The notes beneath the pieces were generated by a model. The model was not told where the DNA came from, searched no databases, and worked only from the letters and a program-made list of their open reading frames with translations. This document shows, one piece after another, positions 26,296-36,729 of a DNA stretch of 64,000 nt. The position numbers and the translations under genes were made by a program. How positions within the stretch are numbered: the first letter of the stretch is position 1; each line of letters starts with the position of its first letter. The stretch is from Blastocatellia bacterium (lineage in GTDB: Bacteria > Acidobacteriota > Blastocatellia > UBA7656), in NCBI GenBank assembly GCA_963765495.1, contig CAVXWP010000007.1:544001-608000 (forward strand), given 5' to 3'.

Positions 26296-27582
26296 ATGAC
26301 CCTGGAAATATCTCTAAAAAAGGCGACAGCCAGGATTGCCCTGATGGGGGCCGCCGCCGCTTTGTTTTGTCTGCTTTCCGTATTGATAATTTCCAATTTC
26401 ATTACGGGAATAATGGCCGACGAGCGTATCAAGGTGAATCGCGGGCTTCTGGCCTCGACAATCATATATTTTCCGAATTCGGCCCGTTTGCAGGCCCGGC
26501 TTGCGCAGGTTGAGCTGGCGGAGCCTGACCGCGATCTTTCCGTAGCCGAAGCTCACGCCCGGCGTGCAATCGCGCTTTTGCCGGATAATTACAAGCCCCG
26601 GCTTTTACTTGCTTCAATCGAAGAATTGAAGGGGGATCGCGACTCCGCCGAGCTCTCCTTGCGCGAGGCGGTTCGGCTCGCACCACACAATCGAGAGGTC
26701 CACTACCGACTGGCTAATCTGCTGCTGAGAGAAGGCAAACTTGACGAATCGGTTGAAGAGTTTCGCCTGACGACCGAAGCCAATCCCTCTCTTCTTCCCG
26801 CGACGCTCGATCTCGTATGGCGGGCCACGGGTGGCGATACGGAAGCGGTGAAAAAGATCGCGGGCACAGATGTGAAAGCGAGGCTCGCGCTCGCTCAATT
26901 TCTCGTCAATCAATCGCGCGCAGATGACGCGGCAACGGTTTTCGACGGCCTCGACCGCTCGACGCAGATGGATGCGCCAGAGACCGCTCCTTTCCTCAAT
27001 TCGCTCATCGCAAAGGGGGAGGGAGGGGTTGCGCGAAGGATTTGGGGTGAATTGCTGGGAGGCAGCCGCACAGGCGCGCTCGTTTCAAACGGCGGATTTG
27101 AAGACGACATCCTCAAGAACTTCGATCAATTCGACTGGGCTATTTCGCGCAGCGAATACGCACGCATTCTTATAGACACTCGCCTGGCGCACGGCGGGAC
27201 GCGTTCGCTTAAGATAGATTTCACAGGCCGGGATACGACCCGACTCGATAACGAGATTCGCCAGCTTGTAATGGTCAACGCGGGAGTCCGATACAGATTG
27301 GAGTGCTACGCAAGAACAGAGGAGCTTGTCACGCCCGAAGGACCGCGCGTGGTTGTGACAGACAAGTCGAACAACTGGCTGGCCTCTTCCGCGCCCCTTG
27401 CTTCGGGGACGAGCGACTGGCAGCGAATCGCGATTGAGTTTGCCGCTCCATCAGGCGACATAGGGGATAAACCCGGCGGGCAGATGGTTTACATCTCGAT
27501 CAAACGAAAGCCTGAATTCAGCTATGACGATCCTACACGGGGAAGCGTCTGGTTTGACGATTTCTTAATCAGTAGGCAGTAG
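26296..27582 (+). CDS. Membrane-anchored TPR protein with a C-terminal carbohydrate-binding (CBM4/9-like) domain
   Basis: Likely start MTLEISLKK at 26296, followed by a TM helix. TPR motifs such as AVRLAPHNREVHYRLANLLLREG. LVSNGGFE...GSVWFDDF is a CBM-type beta-sandwich. Confidence 0.75.
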   Translation: MTLEISLKKATARIALMGAAAALFCLLSVLIISNFITGIMADERIKVNRGLLASTIIYFPNSARLQARLAQVELAEPDRDLSVAEAHARRAIALLPDNYKPRLLLASIEELKGDRDSAELSLREAVRLAPHNREVHYRLANLLLREGKLDESVEEFRLTTEANPSLLPATLDLVWRATGGDTEAVKKIAGTDVKARLALAQFLVNQSRADDAATVFDGLDRSTQMDAPETAPFLNSLIAKGEGGVARRIWGELLGGSRTGALVSNGGFEDDILKNFDQFDWAISRSEYARILIDTRLAHGGTRSLKIDFTGRDTTRLDNEIRQLVMVNAGVRYRLECYARTEELVTPEGPRVVVTDKSNNWLASSAPLASGTSDWQRIAIEFAAPSGDIGDKPGGQMVYISIKRKPEFSYDDPTRGSVWFDDFLISRQ

Positions 27583-27704
27583 GCAGTAGGCAGTTATAGG
27601 AATCGGGTACCAACTACTCATATTCATATCCGGCTTCTACCTCTATCTGATCCGGTTTAACTTGATTTACCGCTTTATAACTGCCTACTGCCTACTGCCT
27701 ACTG
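27570..27704. repeat. Palindromic element with (CAGTAGG)n heptamer arms, copy 1
   Basis: Perfect 29-bp inverted repeat at 27570-27598 and 27676-27704. Confidence 0.9.
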
Positions 27705-27722
27705 CTTATAGCGGCTCTGATT

Positions 27723-28910
27723 GTGATCGGCCTTGCGCAGAGCGTGGCATTTACGGACGGCGACGGCCGCAGGGTGAGCCTCTCGATGAATGTAGATGCT
27801 ACTCGCCCGGCGGTGATGGTGATGTTTTTTCTGCTGGTTTCGTTTATAATTGCTCGGAACTTTGTTGCTACACGCGAGCGGGTAGGTTCACTGGCCAGCT
27901 TCCTCGTATTCTACGGACTGGCCATGTCGGTATTTGCGCTGATTCAACATTTTGCCTGGGATGGTCGGTTCTATTGGTTGAGGCCGACCGATCAGGGAAC
28001 GGTATTCGGACCGTTTGTCAATCGCAATCACTATGCCGGCTACATAGAGATGCTGGCCCCGATTCCGGTTGCGCTCATAATCACTCGCGGCGTGAGCCGG
28101 GAATCGTGGGCGCTCTACGGTTTTGCAGCCGCGATCATGGGTATATCGGTGATTGTTACCCTCTCGCGAGGAGGCACAATCAGCCTAATCTCAGGAATGG
28201 TGTTTCTGGCGATTGCGAGCGCCCGGCTCAATAAAAGGAACGAAGGTAAAACAGTGACGGACGCAAAAGCGCCTGCAAAACGGCACTTTTCATCCTTCAA
28301 GCGCGTCGGGGTTGTTGCTTTCATCAGTATTGCGGTCCTTGCGGGCGTGATCTGGATAGGAGCCGAAGCGGTTCTGAATCGCGCGGTCGAGACTCTGAAT
28401 ACGGTTCGGAAAAGCGAAACTCAGATCCTGAGCCGCACAGGGATTTGGAAAGATACGTGGGCGATGATTCGCGCCAATCCGGTTATGGGAGTAGGTATCG
28501 GCGCTTACGAAGCAGTTTACCCTATGTATGGTCGCGGCGACGGCACTATGATAGTAGATTATGCGCACAATGATTATTTGCAGGTGCTCTCGGATACGGG
28601 CATCATTGGCGGATTTGTCGCGCTCTGTTTCCTCGGGCTGATCTTTCGCGCGATCAGGCGAGGGGCTGAAAATAATGATCCTCTTCTGAGAGGAGCAGCG
28701 CTTGGCGGCGGCGCGTCCATTTTTTCGATCCTCGTTCATAGTTTATTTGACTTCAATCTGCAAATACCATCTAATGCTTTGCTGTTTCTGGTTCTTGCTG
28801 CCGTGGTCTCGTCAGTCGGCGCGCTTGAAGGCGCGAGCGAACTGACGAAGGCGGGGCAGCCGGCTGTCGCGATTGATACGACCGGCCTTCATACAGGAGT
28901 ACGATCATGA
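27723..28910 (+). CDS. O-antigen ligase (WaaL/Wzy_C)-like membrane protein, possibly 5'-truncated
   Basis: Multi-TM protein. GPFVNRNHYAG, TLSRGG, RTGIWKDTW, GVGIGAY and AHNDYLQ are ligase-family motifs. Confidence 0.8.
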   Translation: MIGLAQSVAFTDGDGRRVSLSMNVDATRPAVMVMFFLLVSFIIARNFVATRERVGSLASFLVFYGLAMSVFALIQHFAWDGRFYWLRPTDQGTVFGPFVNRNHYAGYIEMLAPIPVALIITRGVSRESWALYGFAAAIMGISVIVTLSRGGTISLISGMVFLAIASARLNKRNEGKTVTDAKAPAKRHFSSFKRVGVVAFISIAVLAGVIWIGAEAVLNRAVETLNTVRKSETQILSRTGIWKDTWAMIRANPVMGVGIGAYEAVYPMYGRGDGTMIVDYAHNDYLQVLSDTGIIGGFVALCFLGLIFRAIRRGAENNDPLLRGAALGGGASIFSILVHSLFDFNLQIPSNALLFLVLAAVVSSVGALEGASELTKAGQPAVAIDTTGLHTGVRS

Positions 28911-30016
28911 GATTTAGAACTGAAAGAATGCCGACACAAGTTTTCCGGTTATTTGTTTTGTCAGTAATTTTGTTTGCGCCCGCAGGCGGCATATCCTTTT
29001 CTCAACAGCGCGAGCACCCTCAGCAGATGCGGCCCCCGTCTCAGTCGATCACCGATCCCCTGCCTGCGCCAAGCATCCTTGTCTCTCCCGACGAGGATTA
29101 CCGCATAGGCCCGGCCGATGTGATCGAGATACAGATAGAGGATGCGCCGGAGCTTTCTAATACCTGGCGCGTGAGCGCAAACGGCACCGTCTCGATGCCT
29201 TATCTGGATAGCGTGAAGGCGGAAGGCAAGTCGCCCGTGGAGCTTGAGAAATTCATAGCCGACGGATTGCGCGGTCGCTATTTGAAAGACCCGCAGGTCC
29301 ACGTTCTGGTCAAACAGATCAACAGCCGGTCATTTTTTATTCAAGGTTCTGTTCGGCGTCCGGGCGTATATCAGATAGAGGGTCGCCCGTCGCTGCTAAA
29401 GCTCATCACAGTCGCCGGAGGACTGGCCGACAGTCATGGCTCTACCGCTTTCATCATCAGCGAGAAAAAGCCAAAGAGAGACGAAGGCGCAGAAACCGTT
29501 GATGCGGCTCCGGCAAAAGAGATATTGCAGACATCCGGGCAGAGATCCGACGGTAAGATTGAAAATGCTGATGCAGGCGCGGATTATGATCTCAAGACCG
29601 TAAACATCAGCGGGTTGCTCAGAGGCCGTTTCAATCAGAACATGTATCTTGATCCCGGAGATATAGTAAATATCCCGCCGCTCGATGTCTTTTTCGTGGC
29701 GGGCGAAGTAAACGCGCCGGGGTCGTTTCCCCTGAAAGAAGGCACGACCTTGCGGCAGGCGGTCTCTCTGGCTCAAGGCACGACTTTCAATGCTGCCGGA
29801 AGCGAGGGAGTCATCTTCCGCGAAGACCTGGCCACCGGGCAGCGCAACGAAATCAAGGTTGATATCGGCGAAGTTATGAGAGGCAAAAAGGAAGATATAC
29901 AGATACAGGCAAACGATATAATCATAGTCCCAAACAGCCGGTTCAAATCCGTAGGCAACGCATTGCTCAGGGCCTTCGGACTCGGAACGGCTCAACGCGG
30001 GCCTTATCGTTATTGA
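28907..30016 (+). CDS. wza: Polysaccharide export protein (Poly_export plus SLBB domains)
   Basis: DYRIGPADVIEI...GTVSMPYL...YLKDPQV; GSVRRPGVY and GEVNAPGSF SLBB repeats. Confidence 0.9.
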   Translation: MRFRTERMPTQVFRLFVLSVILFAPAGGISFSQQREHPQQMRPPSQSITDPLPAPSILVSPDEDYRIGPADVIEIQIEDAPELSNTWRVSANGTVSMPYLDSVKAEGKSPVELEKFIADGLRGRYLKDPQVHVLVKQINSRSFFIQGSVRRPGVYQIEGRPSLLKLITVAGGLADSHGSTAFIISEKKPKRDEGAETVDAAPAKEILQTSGQRSDGKIENADAGADYDLKTVNISGLLRGRFNQNMYLDPGDIVNIPPLDVFFVAGEVNAPGSFPLKEGTTLRQAVSLAQGTTFNAAGSEGVIFREDLATGQRNEIKVDIGEVMRGKKEDIQIQANDIIIVPNSRFKSVGNALLRAFGLGTAQRGPYRY

Positions 30017-30120
30017 TGCTTGCGGGACTGTTATTTTCGAGAGCGCGGGCAGAGGTGCGCGCTCTCGTATCCACTTAACACAATCATTTTAGTAATGAGC
30101 GGTCATATCGGAGAACCCCG

Positions 30121-32523
30121 ATGGATAAAGAAAGATTCGAATTAGAAAAGCTCCCAATAGATACGGAACACAAAGAGATAGGCGGGCTGCGCCCGCGCTA
30201 CGCGAGCGCAGGTTATGGTTACGGAAGTAATTACGGCGTGGACGAAGGCAAAATCCATGTGCGCGAACTGTGGCGAACAATCCGCAAGCGCAAATGGATG
30301 ATCCTCACGCTGATCCTCGTCATTACTACGCTTGTAACTATCGAGATGTATCGGACCAGGAATACCTATCAGGCAAGCGCCTTGATAGAGATAGGCAAAG
30401 ACAGCGCCTCGCTTGGAAAGACCGGCAGCCTCTTCGGAGACGATTACGACCCGTATTATATGGTCAATATAAAGACGAAGATGCTCTCGCTACAGAGCCG
30501 GTCATTGATGGAAAGCGTGGTCACAAGTCTCAATCTCGACCAGAACCCGAAATTTCTGGAAGCGGGTCGAAAGAAATCCTTCTGGGGGGGGATAAAATCA
30601 ATAGCCGCCAGAGTGGGTCTCGGAAGCCCGGAAGACAACAAAAATCTTGATGATGAGAAGTTCGACGTTCAATCCGACATGACCGAACAGGAGGCCGAAG
30701 AGAAACGACGCGAAGCCTGCGTCACTATACTTCAGGCAACCTTGAACGTAGAGCCGATTCGCGAGACGAAAGCCATCAGAATTTCATACACGCACGCCGA
30801 CCCTGAGATCGCGCAGGCGGTCACAAACAGCATCGCCGAAAACTTCCTGAACAACAATTTCCAGTCCAAGACCGAGAAATTCACGAGGACGGCCAAGTGG
30901 CTTGACGAACAAACGAACCGCCTCAAGGCTCAGGTCGAAAAGGCCGAACAGGCGCTTGCAAACTACACTCGCGAAAGAGGAATCTTTTCGACCGACGGGA
31001 AAGATGCGACCCTGACTACCGACAAGCTTTCGCGTCTGCACGAGCAGGCTATGCGGGCCGAAACCGACCGCATGCTGAAGCAATCGCTTTACGAAGAGGT
31101 CAAGCAGGGCCGCGTTCAGCAACTCCCCGAAGCCTTCGCCGACATGGTTTACAAATCGTCTCCGAAGATGGCCGAGCTTCAAAGACAACTCGGAGAACTT
31201 GAAGCCAACGCCGCCGAACTCGGCGTAAAGTTTGGTCCCGACAACCCGCAGGTCAGAGAGGTGAAGGGGCGAATAGAGGCCATCAAAGAACAGATAGCTC
31301 AAAACAGCACCTCGCTCGAAGCGAAGGTTCGAAACGATTATGAGCGTGCCTTGCGCGACGAGCAGATGCTTAAAAACGCCCTGACGCAGGCAAAAGGCGA
31401 AGCCATACAGCAGAATCAGGATGCTATTCAATTCAATATTCTGAAGCAGGACGTAGACACGGCTAAGACGCTTTACACGGAATTTCTGGGCAAGACCAGC
31501 CAGGCAAACGCCCAGATAGCCGAGCAGTACAACAACCTGAAGGTGATCGAGCCCGCGCAGTTGCCTCACTCAGCGGTCGGCCCCCGGCGTATGCTCATGA
31601 TTATGGCCAGTTTTATGTTGAGTCTGGCCGTCGGCGTGGGGCTGGCGTTCTTCCTCGAATATCTGGACAACACAATCAAGACGGTCGAAGACGTGAGCCG
31701 CTACACGCAGCTACCCGCCCTGAGCGTAATACCGGCAGCGACCGGAAACGGCATTCGCCGCCTTTCATCCAAAGGGAGAAAGCGGATCGCCACCGCGAAT
31801 CTTGAGAATGCGGGCGGCAACTCTCAACTCGTGGCGCTCGATACCCGATCATCTGCCGCCGAAGCCTATCGCGTATTGCGTACGTCGGTGCTGTTGTCGG
31901 CTGCCGGGCACCCGCCAAAGACCATACTCGTCACAAGCGGGCAGCCGGGCGAGGGCAAGACCACGACCGTAGTCAACACGGCCATCTCGCTTGCGCAACT
32001 CGGAGCGTCGGTCCTGCTGATAGACTGCGATCTTCGAAGACCTACTACGCACAAGGTTCTCGGCGTAGACCACGCGCAAGGGCTATCGACCTATCTTTCG
32101 CGCGACGTTGATATTGACGATGTGATACAGAAGTTGCCCATAGCGAACCTGTCGTTGCTGCCCTGCGGCCCGATCCCTCCGAACCCCGCCGAGTTGATTA
32201 GCTCCGACAAGATGAAAGAGATGTTAGAGATGCTCGCCGAGCGGTACGATCATATTTTGATCGATTCGCCGCCGCTGATAAACGTGACCGATCCGGTGAT
32301 TTTATCCACGATGGTCGACGGCGTGATGCTTGTAGTGCATGGCGGAAAGAGCACTCGCGACATTGTGAGGCGCGCGCGCCAGGAGCTTTCAAGCGTGGGA
32401 GCCAAGATATTCGGAGTGGTGCTCAATAACGTAGACCTCCGCCGCGAAGGATACGATGATTACTACTATTATCGTTATTATTCGGGCTATGGTGAGGAAG
32501 AACAGAAAGCGGCTAAAGGCTAG
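30121..32523 (+). CDS. wzc: Polysaccharide co-polymerase / BY-kinase
   Basis: Two TM segments and a coiled coil; Walker A GEGKTT, IDCDLRRP, IDSPP; C-terminal Tyr cluster YDDYYYYRYYSGY. Confidence 0.95.
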   Translation: MDKERFELEKLPIDTEHKEIGGLRPRYASAGYGYGSNYGVDEGKIHVRELWRTIRKRKWMILTLILVITTLVTIEMYRTRNTYQASALIEIGKDSASLGKTGSLFGDDYDPYYMVNIKTKMLSLQSRSLMESVVTSLNLDQNPKFLEAGRKKSFWGGIKSIAARVGLGSPEDNKNLDDEKFDVQSDMTEQEAEEKRREACVTILQATLNVEPIRETKAIRISYTHADPEIAQAVTNSIAENFLNNNFQSKTEKFTRTAKWLDEQTNRLKAQVEKAEQALANYTRERGIFSTDGKDATLTTDKLSRLHEQAMRAETDRMLKQSLYEEVKQGRVQQLPEAFADMVYKSSPKMAELQRQLGELEANAAELGVKFGPDNPQVREVKGRIEAIKEQIAQNSTSLEAKVRNDYERALRDEQMLKNALTQAKGEAIQQNQDAIQFNILKQDVDTAKTLYTEFLGKTSQANAQIAEQYNNLKVIEPAQLPHSAVGPRRMLMIMASFMLSLAVGVGLAFFLEYLDNTIKTVEDVSRYTQLPALSVIPAATGNGIRRLSSKGRKRIATANLENAGGNSQLVALDTRSSAAEAYRVLRTSVLLSAAGHPPKTILVTSGQPGEGKTTTVVNTAISLAQLGASVLLIDCDLRRPTTHKVLGVDHAQGLSTYLSRDVDIDDVIQKLPIANLSLLPCGPIPPNPAELISSDKMKEMLEMLAERYDHILIDSPPLINVTDPVILSTMVDGVMLVVHGGKSTRDIVRRARQELSSVGAKIFGVVLNNVDLRREGYDDYYYYRYYSGYGEEEQKAAKG

Positions 32524-32533
32524 AAGCATCAGA

Positions 32534-32755
32534 ACCAGGGCCATTCATTTTTCCAAAATGTAGCATAGGAAAATAGAAATAGACCAGGACGGACGCGGAT
32601 CTGACAATTTATGATCTAATCCGCGTAAATCCGCCGCATCCGCGTTATCCGCGGCCTATTTCAACACGCCTTTGCTTGAACTCAACTTTTAACATTTCTT
32701 CCGCCTCTTGTCCGCTACTCAAAAACTGAATGGCCCTGGTCCGTCCCGGTCTATT
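32534..32755. repeat. Intergenic element with two interleaved inverted-repeat pairs and internal ATCCGCG repeats (MITE-like)
   Basis: ACCAGGGCCATTCA (32534-32547) pairs with TGAATGGCCCTGGT (32727-32740). AATAGACCAGGACGGAC (32578-32594) pairs with GTCCGTCCCGGTCTATT (32739-32755). Confidence 0.7.
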
Positions 32756-32864
32756 AATCATTGTCTTTCGCTCAAATGAACCTTTAATACTCTTGCCGTC
32801 TATATAGATTCAAAGGCGATGAAGCGAGAAACGCACCGCTAGAGAGAAACCCGATCAAAACGAG

Positions 32865-34445
32865 ATGAATGACAGCCCCGTAGTCAGAGAGATAGATGTC
32901 TCTGCCGCTACAATTGTGCCTCCTGTGCCCGCCGTCGGCATGACCACGCGAGTGATGCGGGGAACGATGTGGGGCGTGGGCGGACATGGGGTGATATTTC
33001 TTACTACGTTTATCGCGACCCCGTTTGTCATCAGACTTCTCGGTGCGGAAGGCTACGGAGTGCTGGCGCTTATCAATGTCTTGATCGGTTATCTGGCATT
33101 TGCCGATATGGGCATGGGAACGGCATCTACCCGGTTTGGAGCAGATGCCCATGCAAAAGACGATGATTGCGAAGAAGCGAGCGTGATCTGGACCTCGCTT
33201 CTTATCGCGTTTGTGCCCTCTGCATTGTTTGCCCTGGCGTTGTTTTTTTTTGCCGGGTTTCTTGTAGAACAGATTCTGCAATTGCCGGTCTTTCTGCAAG
33301 AAGAGGCTATCCTGGCATTGCGACTCGCCGCTATAGCATATGTAGCGCGGACTATTGCAAATGTGCTCAATACCCCGCAACTCGTACGCCTGCGCCTGGA
33401 TTTGAATATTCTGATTACCGTGGGAACCAGTGTTTTGCAAATAGCACTGGTTCCCGTCGTGCTGGTGCTTGGCGGAGGGCTGGTATCGGCAGTAGCCGTT
33501 ATGATGGGCGCTACGCTTGCGAATATGATAATTCACGGAATAGTCTCTCAACGATTGCTCCCGAGCTTATCGCGGCCTCGAATCTCTTCGAGCCTGTTGC
33601 GGCCCCTGATGATCTTCGGAGGCGGGCTTGTAGTTTCGACCTTAGCCGATGTGCTGCTTGTAAATTCGGAAAAGATAATGTTGCCGCGTTTTGCTTCGGT
33701 GACGGCGCTGGCGCACTATGCGGTTGCCTTCAACGTCGCCGGAATGCTGGCGCTTTTGCCCAGAGTTATGTGTCAGGTTCTATTGCCTGCTTTCAGCCAG
33801 TTGCAGGCAAAGCCTGATCGTGAGCCGCTTCAACGACTCTACGTGCGAGCATTGCGGGGAACATTGCTCTGGATCGCTCCGGTTGTCCTTTTGCTCTGCG
33901 TAGCGGCCAGGCCGTTTTTTACATTGTGGGCGGGCGCTGAATATGGCCGGGAAAGCACCTTACCGTTTTATGTGCTCATAGTCGGTCTTATATTCAACAT
34001 AATGTCAAATGTCCCCTACACTCTGCTCATGGCTTATGGCAGAAGCGATCTTATAGCGCGGTTCCATCTGGCCGAATTATTGCCCTACTTATTCTGCGCG
34101 GCCCTCTTTGTTTATTTGTGGGGAGCGGTCGGTGCCGCGCTGGCCTGGAGTTTGCGCGTGATCGCAGACGCCTTGCTGTTTATAGCGGCGGAACGACGAA
34201 TTTCAGCCTTCTCCTTCTCGCTGGTTCCGATCAATCGCGGCAGTTATATGGCCGCGATTGCGATCCTGTTTTTACCTCTGTTGCTGACATGGAATTCCGT
34301 CCTTGCTCCGGGGTTATTGTTCAGTCTGGTTTTTCTCTGCGTTCTTTCATATTGCGGGCTGGTTTGGGCGCGGGTGCTTACCGATGAAGAGCGAAACTGG
34401 GCTCTGGGTCAGTGGCCGCTTTATGGTCTTAAAAGGTCTGATTGA
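32865..34445 (+). CDS. wzx: Flippase
   Basis: Many TM helices; IRLLGAEGYG...ADMGMG and LLPAFS are MOP/Wzx motifs; locus context. Confidence 0.9.
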   Translation: MNDSPVVREIDVSAATIVPPVPAVGMTTRVMRGTMWGVGGHGVIFLTTFIATPFVIRLLGAEGYGVLALINVLIGYLAFADMGMGTASTRFGADAHAKDDDCEEASVIWTSLLIAFVPSALFALALFFFAGFLVEQILQLPVFLQEEAILALRLAAIAYVARTIANVLNTPQLVRLRLDLNILITVGTSVLQIALVPVVLVLGGGLVSAVAVMMGATLANMIIHGIVSQRLLPSLSRPRISSSLLRPLMIFGGGLVVSTLADVLLVNSEKIMLPRFASVTALAHYAVAFNVAGMLALLPRVMCQVLLPAFSQLQAKPDREPLQRLYVRALRGTLLWIAPVVLLLCVAARPFFTLWAGAEYGRESTLPFYVLIVGLIFNIMSNVPYTLLMAYGRSDLIARFHLAELLPYLFCAALFVYLWGAVGAALAWSLRVIADALLFIAAERRISAFSFSLVPINRGSYMAAIAILFLPLLLTWNSVLAPGLLFSLVFLCVLSYCGLVWARVLTDEERNWALGQWPLYGLKRSD

Positions 34446-34533
34446 GCAAAGCGACAGGCAGGATATTTGAGTTGTTTTGATTTGAGGCCCGGAATATCAA
34501 ACCCTCAGATAAAGAGAGGACCCTGATTTTTAT

Positions 34534-36690
34534 TTGATGAGAGGACGGTTAGGATTTTACATCAAAGAGTCTTACAGAAGCGTGCAAAGACGCAAAGCTG
34601 ATTTGCGGGTTTGGGCCGGGACGTTTTCCCTTGGTCGCAAAGCTCTGGAAATCAGAGCCGGTCTCAAAGGCCGCGCTCTGCCTCGCCTTTCAACCGAACC
34701 GCCGGTTCGCTTTGTAAGACACTCGTTGAAAGAATTTGCGGCTGCAAATCGCAGGATCGAATTTCCTCACTCCGTATCCCCGGAAGTCAGCATAATCATT
34801 TTCGAATCGAAAAACACCGAACTGACCCTGAATTGTCTTTATTCGATTTCGCAAAGCAGTCTGAGTCAATACGAAGTCATCATCTGTAACAACGGCGATT
34901 CGGAATTACCGCTTGGGCAGATCAAAGGGGCTGAAATAATTGAAAGCGCCGGAAATTTGAGTGTGGCGCGGGCATACAACCTCGCCGCGCGACAGGCAAA
35001 GGGCAAGCAGCTGTTGTTTTTGAATGACACTGCGGTAGTTCTGCCCGACAGTATCTCGTCCGCTTTAAGGGCTATTAAAGAGTCGGATGTGATCGGCGCT
35101 GTGGGCGGCAAAGTCATCTCGGCAGATAATGTCTTGCAGGAAGCAGGCGCGATCATCTGGCGGGATGGGACCCGAACCGCCTATGGAAAAGGAGACACGC
35201 CCTTTGCTCCGATGTATATGTTCAGGCGGAAAGTTGACTGCTGTCTGGGCAATTTGCTGCTGACAAGAAAAGATGTCTTCTCAGAACGCAGGGGATTTGA
35301 CGAGACGCTCAAGAGCGCATGGTGTCAGGATTATTGCGTCAGGCTCTGGAAAGTCGGCAGGGAAGTGATCTATGAGCCAGGGGCTCTGGCCGTAAGTTTC
35401 GAACACACAAATCTCGAACAGAGGCAGAGGCTTTCAGTAGATGCTGATTCGGTCGAATCGGAAGAGGCGGACCTCCTGACCGAGAAACATAAGGAATGGT
35501 TGAAATCGAGATACCCTGCTTCTCAGAAGAGTATTTTATTTGCCCGCGCCCACACGCCTCGCAACAAACGGATTCTTTTTATTGATGACAGGGTGCCGCA
35601 TTCCTTTTTAGGGGCAGGCTTCCCGCGAAGCAATCTGATGCTTTCGGAGATGGTCAGGCTTGGATATTCAGTAACCTTCTATCCGATGAACATTCATGCG
35701 GAAACGTGGGAAAACGTCTACGCGGATATTCCTGATGAAGCGGAAGTGATGCTTGATTATGATTCTGTGAAACTGCCGCAGTTTTTGAGACAGAGAGAAG
35801 GATACTATGACCTGATCATAGTAAGTCGGCCGTCAAATATGGCGCTGGCCAAATCGTTTCTCTTTGGCCGGAGAGACAGAGGCGGGAAACCCAAGGTCAT
35901 CTATGATATGGAGGCTCTTGCCAGCCTGAGAGACATCGAGCGATTGCGCCTTGATGGAGAAGACCCGCCCCGCCATTTTGAGCGGAGATTATGCGGGAAG
36001 GAGATGGCGCTGACACGGGGAAGCTCGGCGGTGATTTCCGTCTCTGAGGCCGAGCGGCAGAGATTTACCGAGCTTGGGATCGAGCCTACTTATATACTCG
36101 GCCACGCTGTTGAACCGCGCCGGACCGACAATCCTTTTCACTCGCGCGAAGGGATACTCTTTGTCGGGCCTGTAGGCAGTTCCCGCTCTCCCAACGAAGA
36201 TTCTATAACCTGGTTTATAGAGGAGATATTCCCAACCATTCAAATGAGACTGGGCAGAGAGGTGAGCTTTATGATAGCGGGCACAAATCGCCCGGATCAG
36301 GTGAGTCGCTATTCGAGCAAATCAATCAGGTTTTTCGGCAGGGTGGATGATCTCGAGCCGCTATATAATCAGGCGCGCATATTCGTCGCCCCTACCCGTT
36401 TTGCGGCCGGTATCCCGCTCAAAATTTACGACGCCGCGAGTTTCGGCGTTCCTGCTGTTACCACGCGCCTGCTTGAAGCCCAGCTTGGCTGGCGCGATGA
36501 GGTGGAGTTACTTACGGCTACTGATGCCGCAGGCTTTGCCGATCAGTGCGTGAGGCTCTATAGCGACGAGAGGCTCTGGACTCGAATCAGAAACAGTGCG
36601 CTTAAACAGATCGAAAGTCAGTGCGCGCCGGAAAGCTTCTCATCAAGTTTGGAAGCCATCATTGAAGAAACGCTTGGGTCAACCCGATAG
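34534..36690 (+). CDS. Two-domain glycosyltransferase (GT2 plus GT4-like)
   Basis: N-terminal half PEVSIII...LLFLND...LQEAGAIIWRDG (GT2). C-terminal half ILFVG...RIFVAPTRFAAGIPLKI (GT-B). Confidence 0.85.
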   Translation: MMRGRLGFYIKESYRSVQRRKADLRVWAGTFSLGRKALEIRAGLKGRALPRLSTEPPVRFVRHSLKEFAAANRRIEFPHSVSPEVSIIIFESKNTELTLNCLYSISQSSLSQYEVIICNNGDSELPLGQIKGAEIIESAGNLSVARAYNLAARQAKGKQLLFLNDTAVVLPDSISSALRAIKESDVIGAVGGKVISADNVLQEAGAIIWRDGTRTAYGKGDTPFAPMYMFRRKVDCCLGNLLLTRKDVFSERRGFDETLKSAWCQDYCVRLWKVGREVIYEPGALAVSFEHTNLEQRQRLSVDADSVESEEADLLTEKHKEWLKSRYPASQKSILFARAHTPRNKRILFIDDRVPHSFLGAGFPRSNLMLSEMVRLGYSVTFYPMNIHAETWENVYADIPDEAEVMLDYDSVKLPQFLRQREGYYDLIIVSRPSNMALAKSFLFGRRDRGGKPKVIYDMEALASLRDIERLRLDGEDPPRHFERRLCGKEMALTRGSSAVISVSEAERQRFTELGIEPTYILGHAVEPRRTDNPFHSREGILFVGPVGSSRSPNEDSITWFIEEIFPTIQMRLGREVSFMIAGTNRPDQVSRYSSKSIRFFGRVDDLEPLYNQARIFVAPTRFAAGIPLKIYDAASFGVPAVTTRLLEAQLGWRDEVELLTATDAAGFADQCVRLYSDERLWTRIRNSALKQIESQCAPESFSSSLEAIIEETLGSTR

Positions 36691-36729
36691 AGAGAACTAT
36701 CATAAAAGATAGTTAGAGGGGAGTAATAA

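Noticed and set aside
27570-27704. CRISPR array
   Set aside because: These are tandem heptamers in inverted arms with no repeat-spacer periodicity and no cas genes.
27662-28234. 190-aa ORF as the missing N-terminus of the ligase
   Set aside because: Its start is translated repeat (TAYCLLPTAY) and the rest is an off-frame shadow of the ligase.
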